Positions 1-8,845 of a stretch of DNA of 48,757 bases are shown here, in pieces (within the stretch, counting starts at the first letter, position 1; each line of letters starts with the position of its first letter). Location of the stretch: contig JAADVB010000140.1 in NCBI GenBank assembly GCA_023334545.1, positions 1 to 48,757 on the forward strand. Direction: 5' to 3'. Under the pieces are notes generated by a model. The model was not told the origin of the DNA. It saw only the letters and a list, made by a program, of their open reading frames with translations, and made no database searches. The stretch is from Salisapilia sapeloensis CBS 127946. Its lineage: Eukaryota; Protista; Oomycota. A program made the translations under genes and the position numbers.

Positions 1-293
1 AAGCGGCCATCATCAAAGTCTGCTGTATCCATAAGCCAATTTGCTGCCTCATTCGGCCACAGACATGTGATAATCAACCACGACGTCCAGCAAATGGAGA
101 CGAGTAGTGCGAAAAGCATGCCATATCCCAAATATCCAAAGGTTTGATGGAATGAAGGCGCTTGAACGAACTCTGTATTCCTTCTATCGCCTGATGGAAA
201 AGTTAAACTTTCAATCTTTGGACCCGCTGGGACTGGAGCGATACTGTTGAGGTTCATGGTCCAACGTCCGTAAAAAGTTTCTGCGTGCGCCAT
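1..293 (-). CDS. 5' part of an oomycete multi-TM (TM-LRR-WLGC family) protein; runs off the left edge of the window
   Basis: Not in the ORF track (no stop inside the window). The minus-strand frame from ATG 293 is open to base 1: MAHAETFYGRWTMNLNSIAPVPAGPKIESLTFPSGDRRNTEFVQAPSFHQTFGYLGYGMLFALLVSICWTSWLIITCLWPNEAANWLMDTADFDDGR. It aligns by eye with the N-terminus of the gene at 15896-18363 (SFREVFGFYGYAIFIVATVSALWSTLIIALNVAPNETVNYLMKTAEYDDGNFW). Alternative start ATG 257. Confidence 0.8.
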   Translation of the reverse strand, partial: MAHAETFYGRWTMNLNSIAPVPAGPKIESLTFPSGDRRNTEFVQAPSFHQTFGYLGYGMLFALLVSICWTSWLIITCLWPNEAANWLMDTADFDDGR

Positions 294-794
294 AGCAATG
301 CACGAAGGTAGTCTATATTTAGCTTCGTCTTCATTAGCAGCCAAGATAAGTTGTAAATGTGCACATGGTGTTCCTGTAAGAAAAAAATGCTTCACTTTCA
401 AGTATTATGCTTTCTGGCCAAATTTCCTTACTTTGAATGATTGCCCTGGGCATATTATATCTGATTGGCTACAATTTAATTTTTCTACGAATTGAATTGC
501 ATAAACATGCGACGGATCACACAATAGGAAAAATGTATTAGAAAATGTATTGAAAGATTTTGCTCACGCGATTGATTCAATCCGGGTTGATAAGTTTGAG
601 TAAAACGCAGAATAATTTGACTATACTGTGTATTATGCACTGACTAAATACGAAGTAGGTCGAACATCCATTTGTTTCACCCAGGCTAATCGTAGTTAAT
701 TCACTAAGTCACAGCACACAGAGTTTGGTCTGGGTGAGACTAAACGCAGTGGAAAGCTATCATCTAGCTCGGCGAGTAGATCGCCTAAATTACC

Positions 795-821
795 ACTCAT
801 TTGATTGGCAGAAATGCCAAT
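795..821. promoter_or_regulatory. Candidate core-promoter elements (Inr-like CTCATTT plus two CCAAT boxes in opposite orientation) in the divergent intergenic region
   Basis: Sequence actcatttgattggcagaaatgccaat lies ~115-140 bp upstream of the ATG at 934. CCAAT and Inr-like YCAYTYY motifs are known oomycete promoter elements, but short motifs also occur by chance. Confidence 0.3.
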
Positions 822-933
822 GTCCATTATAAGAAAAGTTTATTCGAAGCGTTCAAAGCACGACTAAGGCGGGAAAAACCGGTGGCAGCTTCCTTCTTTA
901 CCCGATCTCCTCTCCTTGACCCTGACTGAATTT

Positions 934-2874
934 ATGAAGGTATCTATCGTCCAGACCAGGCACTATATACCCAGTACTCATATATCCCATGGCGGTGCAT
1001 TACTCAGGCACGAACGGAGACCACACCGCTCTCGATCGAGACCGTGAGCAAGCGGATGCTAGCTCCTGATGAGGAGTGGCAGCAGCGTCGCGACGCCATG
1101 CGAGACTTGAAAGGCATGGTAGGCTCTCAAGAAAACAAATATTCCCCACTCAACTCGTCGGACGTCACTGCCGACAGCCTCTTGGTGCTAGCATCTCCCT
1201 TCTCTCATACGGTACGCGTCCTTCGCCACTACTTTACAAAGAGCCTTGAACCAACGACTTTATCATAGATTAAAGACCTTCGCTCTGCTGTCGTGAAGGA
1301 AGCTTGTGACTCGTTCGCTACCATTGTAGAGTCCCTAGGCGGCTCCAAATGTCGTCTCCTACTGCGCGATGTTTTCCCGACGCTCATGACCGCCAGAGGC
1401 ACCTCTAACAAAGTAAATATCGCTATCAAGCTTACTCAGGTACATGTCTTAATAGTTTTAATAGGTTAACACGAATGCCGTGCATGCTTGCATCCAACGT
1501 ATCGTCCAGTCCTCGAATGGGAAATACGTGATGGAGCCTATTCTGGAGACGCTGGCGTCCAGTAAGAACCGAGAAGTGCGAGAAAGCTGCATTCAGTACA
1601 TTGGCCTTGCCTTCTCCCACTGGTCCAAGTCCAGCCTCGAGCCTTTCCAGATGCCTTTGCAGAAATCAATCCTCAAGTCTCTTCGAGATGCCTCGCAGCA
1701 GAGTCGCGAAGTTGCTCGCCAGTGTTACTGGAAGTACGTCGCCATGTGGCCGGAAGATGAAAAGATCGACAACAACCTCACGCCTGGCGTCAAAAAGCAC
1801 CTGAAGCGAACTGCCAGCGACAACTCCATTCGGAGCGAGACCGAGTCTGCCAAGCGCCGTCGTCTCGCTACCATCACCAACTCCCAGCGCACGAACAGGA
1901 GTGCAGCCAAGTCCCTCGGCTTTGAGCAAGACGAGAAGCCTTACAACCGGCCGACTAGAGTGCGCGTTGACGAGAGTTCCCAGCGACCGCATACGACTGT
2001 GGGTTCTTCCCGGACACAAAAGCCGACGTCCATGATGTCACCTGGCATGAAGAGCAGCTACAAGGGGCCGCTGAGAGTGCTCGTGAAGCCTCCCATTGGT
2101 GCGCATCAGAGCGTATCGAAACCTTCTGCACCCGTAAAGCCTGTGCCTACCTCCAAACCAGTCACGCGTCCTCGACCGATGACGTCAAACGCTTCCAAGC
2201 CGACAGTAACCTCCCAGAAGGCTGCAGTTCCGTCCAAGTCGACAATTTCTTCGAAGCCAACGGCTCCGTCGTCGTCACAGGCGAAAAAGACAAAGGTGAG
2301 CTACATGAAGCTGGAAGAAAAGTATATCAAGGCGAGAAAAGTGCTGGAGGAGACCAAGGCTGAAGTCAAAGTGCTCCGGATGCAGCTGGAGCAGGAGCGA
2401 ATGCAGAAAGAGGAGTGGCGGTCGGCGCAGTGCCTCGATCAGTCACCATGCACGTCGCATCCAATCTCTAACGACGTTGAGGACAAGCAATCTACTGCTG
2501 AACGAAGTGAAGTGGATGCTGCTTCATCATTAACCGAGCAGTGGGCAAAAGAATTAAAAGAGCTTCCTGAATCGGCAACAGAGCCAGCGTCGAATGATGC
2601 GGAAGAAAGAGTCCGAGTCGCACAAGATGCAGCGATGGATGTTGATATGGAGGGCAAAGAAGAGCAGCATTCGCCGATGGAGGAGCCAGCAGAGGAAGAA
2701 GTGATCCCTACAGCTGAACCAGAAGTGGAACCAGCGCATGAAGTTTCTTTAGAAGATGCGAAAGACGAGTGTGAAAAGGAGCATGATGAACTTAGTGAGC
2801 AGGCCGACTCGAACTTTACCGACATCAAGGAAGGGGACGCAGACCATTCGGTAGTAGAAACGAAAGGCAAGTAG
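934..2874 (+). CDS. CLASP N-terminal (TOG/HEAT) domain protein; join(934..939,1008..1211,1269..1412,1465..2874)
   Basis: Three GT-AG introns (940-1007, 1212-1268, 1413-1464) join the frames into MKARTETTPLSIETVSKRMLAPDEEWQQRRDAMRDL...IKDLRSAVVKEAC...VHACIQRIV...KNREVRESCIQYI...LRDASQQSREVARQCYW. The 'W..R..A' and 'DLRSxVVKEAC' motifs are CLASP-TOG hallmarks. These are followed by an S/P/K-rich linker, a coiled coil and an acidic tail. Confidence 0.8.
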
Positions 2875-3076
2875 CTTTTTAGCCAAAGATGACCGCGATG
2901 GGTCTCGCCTATAATACTTTGTCGTGTCTTTGCCGTTTGTTTCGTGTCAGCTGCGGACATTGTTTCATCAAGTTGCACAATACCTTTCTTTCTCTGATAA
3001 ATCTCGAGCGTTTCTGTCTATTCTAGCAATCGTGTCCGCTTTCCTACCATCGACTCCATGTAGCAGCATGCAACCT

Positions 3077-4072
3077 TCACTGTCCAGTCGCAGAGACGAC
3101 CAGTAGTCTTGGTCGATGGACGTCGGGACAATAGTCTTGACGCTGCTTCATATACGCAAAATGCTCCCTCTCCAGCTTTGAGTCAAAGGATGCGTCCTGA
3201 CGAACTTGTAGTCCAGCTGCCTTTGCAAAAGCGCAAAAGCGTTCCATGGACCCGTTTCTCGACGGTTGCATCAGATACGCTTTGCCCGTGCCTGGCTTCA
3301 AAAGAGCTTTGATCGTACAAGCCAAGTCTTCGTGGAAGTCCTCGAAAAACAAACAGTCGCTGGCGAGGATCATGTCAAAACAATGTCTGTAGTCGTTTGG
3401 CATGTGCTCTGCCTCCTCTCGACTCCACCTCAGTACCTCTGTCGAAATCTTCGTCTTGGATGAAAAACGCTTCGTGTTCGCTTGGGCACATAGTCTTAAA
3501 TTCTGGACGCATTGGGCATTGCCATCCGTCACGAGCATTCGTCCGAAAGCTGTAGGAGCTTTGAGAAGCAGTCCGAATGCAGCTAGGCCAGCCATGCCAC
3601 TGCCGAGCTCGCACACGTCAAGACTTGCTTTGCCTGTTGCATCTACTATAGACTCGCAAATCTTTTCCTCGAGCAAGTAGCTTAGCAGCAGGGACTCTGC
3701 TGGCCATGTGCGAATGTTCCCGGTGTTGTCAACGCCGGCGTTTTCGTGGTGGCTGAGTAGTTCAGATACGGATACTCGACCGGCTTGGTCTGGCCGCTTT
3801 TCACGAACATATAGCACATTCTCTTGATCTTTTTGAGTCATCGTAGAAGCCGATAGGTCGTAGCTGACCCAGCAGAATGGAAATGGGACGTCAGGTAGCT
3901 CTGCTGGCAACTCTTCCAGTCTTGTCGGCACATATCGAGGGAAAAATTGGGTGGCAATCGACGAAGCCGTCTCTCCGCTTTTTGTTCGCGACCTTTTCGT
4001 CAAGGCAGCTCGGAGGACGCCCCAATGGCGTGCAGATTGAGGGTGGTTTGGCTGCGAGGTTGTCGAGGCCAT
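3077..4072 (-). CDS. CAMKMT: Calmodulin-lysine N-methyltransferase (class I SAM-dependent, METTL21/CaM-KMT family)
   Basis: Motifs HWGVLRAAL, GVDNTGNIRTWPAESLL, VCELGSGMAGLA, LVTDGN, LRW and FDMILASDCLFF match the CaM-KMT family. Confidence 0.85.
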   Translation of the reverse strand: MASTTSQPNHPQSARHWGVLRAALTKRSRTKSGETASSIATQFFPRYVPTRLEELPAELPDVPFPFCWVSYDLSASTMTQKDQENVLYVREKRPDQAGRVSVSELLSHHENAGVDNTGNIRTWPAESLLLSYLLEEKICESIVDATGKASLDVCELGSGMAGLAAFGLLLKAPTAFGRMLVTDGNAQCVQNLRLCAQANTKRFSSKTKISTEVLRWSREEAEHMPNDYRHCFDMILASDCLFFEDFHEDLACTIKALLKPGTGKAYLMQPSRNGSMERFCAFAKAAGLQVRQDASFDSKLEREHFAYMKQRQDYCPDVHRPRLLVVSATGQ

Positions 4073-4545
4073 CGCGTGTTCCGATGTTTGTGCGTTTTAT
4101 GCTGCTTCGAGCTGAAGAGTCCACTAGATTAGAAGGTTCAAGTTCAGTTGCAAACGAATAAATCTCCAACGGTCGTCACAATAGACGGGCAAACTTCAAG
4201 TTCTCGACACGAGCCAAACGAGACGTCCAAGGCGGAAGATGCGACTCGGATCCTCTACCAGTACAGAAAGATGTATGGTCGTGAAATTGACGCTTCGACT
4301 AGTGTCCAAGCAGTCGTACATACCCGAACAGAGCTGGAGGTCACGATCGTGTGCTCCAGCAGCTACAAAAGTTTATGGATTGCTCTGGTCAGTGATCCAC
4401 TCCTCATGCTACCGACAAGGGATTTCTGCATCGAATGCAGGGGCTAATGTACTGGTGACCAAGTCCAAGCCTCGTATATCAAGACCGTATGCGATGCGTG
4501 GTGACGGCGACACATCCGAGTGATTAAAATGTGCTTCTTTAGCTC

Positions 4546-5187
4546 GTGGAAATCCAATCACAATGGGATGTACCAGCAATTGTCGTGGCAACTTCCGCAT
4601 GTAGTACCAATTTGAAGTGGCCATTATGTGCCCACTCATGCGTACTAGACAAAGCTTGGAATGTAGCCATTGGAAATGCTATCGCATTGGCATCAAGCAA
4701 CAAAAACATAATAACATGGCGTTGGACCCAGTCTTCGGACGAAAATGGTGAAAATCTAGCCGGCCCTGATATTGTGATGACGAGAGCAATGATTATACAG
4801 TCATGAACGGATATTTAGGAATTGTGCAGCATTTTCACGACTATGGAGAAGAGAGCTGCTCGACCGATGCCATGTAAGGCGTTTCCTTTCCTATTTACAT
4901 GGAAGTCTCTAAATTTCTTTACCTGGGCTGGAGCGAGGGGTGCTCTCGACGAACCAAAAACAAATGGCTCGCGGTGGATTTCCCCAAGTTGTCAAGTGGC
5001 TTACTCGCCATCTTGACCAAGGATGTAAGACGGACGCAAAGGACAACGCTGAATCTAGCAGGCAACAGAAAATTTGCAATGGCTTCATAAACATCAGACG
5101 GAGGACTTGTCCAAGCATACCATGCTTTGCGCCACATACAATAGACATCTAGAAATCGTGAAATTGCTTCTGGTCATGAACAGTTGA
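4546..5187 (+). pseudogene. Degraded oomycete-type ankyrin-like repeat gene
   Basis: Repeat fragments resembling the consensus NGHLEVVKWLHENRxEGC(S/T)xxAMD occur in three frames: NGYLGIVQHFHDYGEESCSTDAM* (4803-4877, premature TAA), MEVSKFLYLGWSEGCS (4899-), GGFPQVVKWLTRHLDQGCKTDAKDNA (frame of ORF 4940) and QWLHKHQTEDLSKHTMLCATYNRHLEIVKLLL (5077-5187). This implies at least one stop and two frameshifts. Confidence 0.7.
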
Positions 5188-5463
5188 TGCGAATAGAATT
5201 ATATGCGTATGCTCTTGATTCTCTCAGTCGTGCACTATCGCCTGAATATATGCAGGCGCCGAGATGCATTTCTGTCAGAATCTTATGCAGTCGATAATAT
5301 GATGAACCTTCCGCTTTTGCACAGAACACAAGCAGTATCAAGTAGAAACCACTGGCGAAATACGAAGAAGACACATATTTCCCCGCGACCATGCCAATGT
5401 TATATACTCTAACTCTTTCATGAAGACAAATTGCTTCAGCGATAAAAACTCAATTTCAATGCA

Positions 5464-8400
5464 TTATAGGTTCCATGGAAACCAAGATCCACCCCTTGGA
5501 CGACCCTTTCTCCTGACTATGTTTCCTTCTTCATCGTACTGACTGCCATCAAGTTGAGACTGTATGTTTTCGCTGACACGACGTTCGCGCATGGTCTCTT
5601 CCCGGGAGCGTTGCAGCTCTGCACTGAGCTCTTCCAGTTTCTCTTCGTAACTCAAGATCTTTTGCTGTGCATGCCGCACACGATTCTGCATGCCAAGCAC
5701 ATTGCCCTCCAACCGACGAATTTCCATTTCCTTCTCCTCAATCTCCTCGTCCCTCCTCTCCAAAATCACTTTCAGCTTGCTAGCGTCCGACAGCTTGGCG
5801 CTATCAAAGATCTCATGCTGCACAAGGCTCCCTCGCCTTTGGAAGCGTATACGAAACTCATCGTCAGGAACAGGTTCAGCCTGCTCTCCTTCCTCCACTC
5901 TAGCTTCGTATTCGTTCCCGTGTGTGACTCCCTCTACTAAGTCATCTACGCTTGGCTGTTTGCTCGCCAAGACTGCCATTTGCTCATTCTGAGGATCCAC
6001 TTGGGGCGGATCGTACGCATTTGCAGCTTGCTCAATACTCTTCGCGCTTGACGAGAAGGACTCGACGAGGAAACCGACGACAATGGGCAGCAGAATGGTG
6101 CTAATCGAGAGTCGATACGTGAAAAAGAACACGTACGTTGCGTTCGATCCGGTCATGGCATGTGCCGCGTTCATGACGATATCCCATCCAGCGAGCACAG
6201 CCACAGAAAAAAGCGTCACGAGTGTCGAGTCAAAGGAATCGAGTTGGAATTCTGCACGTACGTCGTACCAATTCGGAGACATATATCGGTATTCGGGTGG
6301 ATAATGCTGCAACAAGGAGCCATAGTTGGCCTGACCTACGATCGCAAAGGCGTAGATGACACTGAAGACGACAATAAGCAGCTGTGCCATGAGAGGCATG
6401 ATCCGCTGCATCGTCCACAGAATCTCATGGAAAGGTGGGAACAGATTCAGCAGCTTTATAATGCGCAACGATCGGACTGCGAGGGCCAGGTTGTAGAACG
6501 TCGTCGAGATTTCTGGCGGGTCGTCCGTGCTAGTGATGGCATAGAAGACCCACCCGACGGATACAATCGCTAGATCTAGCTTGCAGAAGGGTCGACCGAA
6601 GAACTCGGACCTGCCGAACGCAATGAGCTTCAGCACGACTTCCGTAGTGAAAATTGAAAGGAGACAGACGCCGACGATTCGCCACGACCGGTTCTGCGCA
6701 AATGCTAGTTCGATGTTATTCACTTGCACAGCCTGAACGACCGACAGGCAAATGAGTGCGCCAACGAACAACTCTGCAAGTACCACCCGATGGTTCCCAC
6801 ACAAACGCACTTCATACAAGAGAGTATCCCTCAGTTTCACACGCGATCGTTCAATCGACTGGCGAGTCGGCATTGAAAAGCAAAAGCTAAAGGGAGTCAA
6901 ACGATCCCGATGCGTTCGCTCTACTTTTACGCTCAGCAAAGAGCAAAGCTGGAAAAAGTCTGCTAGGTCGACACTCCCAACATGCTCTAGATCCACGGTA
7001 TTGAACACCAGCTCGGCGTCCGTGCTGCTCCACATTGGCTGCAAGTGGACGCAGACTGCGATCCAAGATTCTAGAGACAGCCTCTTTTTCTGCATCGGCA
7101 CTGGCGCATCATGACTCTGCGTCTGTGGATCAAAGGACACGGTGCGTCCATAGAAACGAGAGGATCCACGTCGAAGCGTGCGACTGCTTCTGCCACTGCT
7201 GTTCCGTACAAAAGCCTCTTGTTGCGGGTTGTCTGACAGAATGTCAAAAGCTGCGAAGAGCGCTGCCTTCCGTTTCTGCAGCCGCTTGTACAGCATGTGC
7301 TCCGTGTGCTGTTTGTAAGACTTGTAGGACACAGCAATGGTCAGTTTGGCGAGAAACAGGTTGGTGAGCATGATGAAAACGATAAAGTAAAGCGCACTCC
7401 AGTGCGAGTTGACAAAGTACGGATACATGGTTTGGACGAGACGCGGCGGACAAGTGTGCACGAGCAGCATCGTGTACATGGAGGAACCAACGGAAGCAAA
7501 GTGGGGCGACACTTGTCCGTCAATTCCGACGTCGCTCGAAAACAGCATGTACCCCACTAGGCCGAAGAACATGATGAGACTTAGTAGCAACAAGAGGACT
7601 ATGAGCACCTTTCGAAGAGCTCGAATACAACTTCCGAATATCACTCGGACGTTCCTTCGTCGAGCGATGAAGAAGAATGGACGAAGAGCTCTAGTGTACC
7701 TATACGGGTTCCATGTCGGTATCGCCAAGTTCAGTGCTAGGTCAATGACCGTTGCAAGTAGCATCTGCGCTTTCACAAAGGCCCACGGTTCTCTTGATCG
7801 GTACTTGCTCCTGGTCTCCTTGGAGCTCATGAGCCATCGGATAGCCAGGTCGGAGGCAAACAACAACAAGCAGCCAATTTCGACTCCTAGTGTGGCATCC
7901 AACTTGCCCATGGGTGGACGCTCCACGAATGCGAGGGAGCTCGCCACCAAGACTGCGAGTGCGTAGATCATGTGGTAGGAGTCGGAATGAAAGAACTGAT
8001 TCAAGAACAAGGCTTGACGGTCTAGTCGATAGCCAATCTTCCGCCCATGGACGCCATCTCGGATAAACGATGCCGCAATAATATACTGGTCATGCTCCAA
8101 ATCGCTGTCATCCACTGCGTTCTGGACCACTGGATTAGCAAACTCCTGTCCACCTATGCGAAAGCTCGGTGCGTGTATCAGCTTCGGTCGACGTCGACCC
8201 TGGCTGTCGACACTCGAGCTCTCACTCGCTGGCTTCCCTTGCTGACTGTTGCTTTGGTGCCTGAGTTTCTGTTCCTGGTAAGCTTTCTGTACTTCAGTCG
8301 CCATGTCCTTGGCAGTGCTATTGTCTTCGATCTCTGTCAGCTTTTTCCACTTGCGTCGTGTGTTCAAGATATCTGGATCCACTTGGACATTGCCACTTGG

Positions 8401-8592
8401 AGAACTGGCGGGTGGACTGGAGTTGGCATGGCCAAAGTGTGAGAAAGTGGAGGACATGGGCGAGTCCGAGGATTCGTCCGAGTCCACGCCCTGCGTCACC
8501 GCTCGTCGGATCAGTGGCGTGATCTCATCGGGCATGCGTCCGCCACTATTCGAGCGTACATGGCGAGACGAATTAGCTCTTGGATCGCTCAT
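5464..8592 (-). CDS. TPC: Two-pore channel (TPC family), 2 x 6TM with EF-hand-like linker and C-terminal coiled coil
   Basis: 1042-aa intronless ORF with two S1-S6 repeats: S4 RYTRALRPFFFIARR and AVRSLRIIKLL; S6 YFIVFIMLTNLFLAKLTIAVSY and ILLPIVVGFLVESF. EF-hand-like FNTVDLEHVGSVDLADF lies in the linker. Confidence 0.9.
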   Translation of the reverse strand: MSDPRANSSRHVRSNSGGRMPDEITPLIRRAVTQGVDSDESSDSPMSSTFSHFGHANSSPPASSPSGNVQVDPDILNTRRKWKKLTEIEDNSTAKDMATEVQKAYQEQKLRHQSNSQQGKPASESSSVDSQGRRRPKLIHAPSFRIGGQEFANPVVQNAVDDSDLEHDQYIIAASFIRDGVHGRKIGYRLDRQALFLNQFFHSDSYHMIYALAVLVASSLAFVERPPMGKLDATLGVEIGCLLLFASDLAIRWLMSSKETRSKYRSREPWAFVKAQMLLATVIDLALNLAIPTWNPYRYTRALRPFFFIARRRNVRVIFGSCIRALRKVLIVLLLLLSLIMFFGLVGYMLFSSDVGIDGQVSPHFASVGSSMYTMLLVHTCPPRLVQTMYPYFVNSHWSALYFIVFIMLTNLFLAKLTIAVSYKSYKQHTEHMLYKRLQKRKAALFAAFDILSDNPQQEAFVRNSSGRSSRTLRRGSSRFYGRTVSFDPQTQSHDAPVPMQKKRLSLESWIAVCVHLQPMWSSTDAELVFNTVDLEHVGSVDLADFFQLCSLLSVKVERTHRDRLTPFSFCFSMPTRQSIERSRVKLRDTLLYEVRLCGNHRVVLAELFVGALICLSVVQAVQVNNIELAFAQNRSWRIVGVCLLSIFTTEVVLKLIAFGRSEFFGRPFCKLDLAIVSVGWVFYAITSTDDPPEISTTFYNLALAVRSLRIIKLLNLFPPFHEILWTMQRIMPLMAQLLIVVFSVIYAFAIVGQANYGSLLQHYPPEYRYMSPNWYDVRAEFQLDSFDSTLVTLFSVAVLAGWDIVMNAAHAMTGSNATYVFFFTYRLSISTILLPIVVGFLVESFSSSAKSIEQAANAYDPPQVDPQNEQMAVLASKQPSVDDLVEGVTHGNEYEARVEEGEQAEPVPDDEFRIRFQRRGSLVQHEIFDSAKLSDASKLKVILERRDEEIEEKEMEIRRLEGNVLGMQNRVRHAQQKILSYEEKLEELSAELQRSREETMRERRVSENIQSQLDGSQYDEEGNIVRRKGRPRGGSWFPWNL

Positions 8593-8845
8593 CTACTCGC
8601 TGACGAATGTCGGATCGGATTGTCGATGTAGACGCAGGCGCGAGAGAGAGTAAGATCGCCCTACTTTACCACGAACTGTCAGAGGAATCAGACATCATTT
8701 TGCAAATCAGCACATCCGAACCACCTGGTGCTTGAAGTGCTGTCGAAGGCACCTGAGCGGTACAGTGAGCCACAGTCGGATCGGAGTTCGTTCGGACGAC
8801 TGCCGACCGCTTCCAGCACCGAAAGCGACTGCGATTCTTATTCCG

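Noticed and set aside
298-495. 65-aa ORF and similar short ORFs in intergenic regions (e.g. 22971-23431, 34208-34759, 37168-37497)
   Set aside because: No motifs, non-coding-like composition, and located in promoter/UTR-sized gaps.
8732-8845. TTG-started extension of the deaminase gene exon 1
   Set aside because: Non-ATG start in a eukaryote, lying in the divergent promoter. ATG 8846 is the plausible start.
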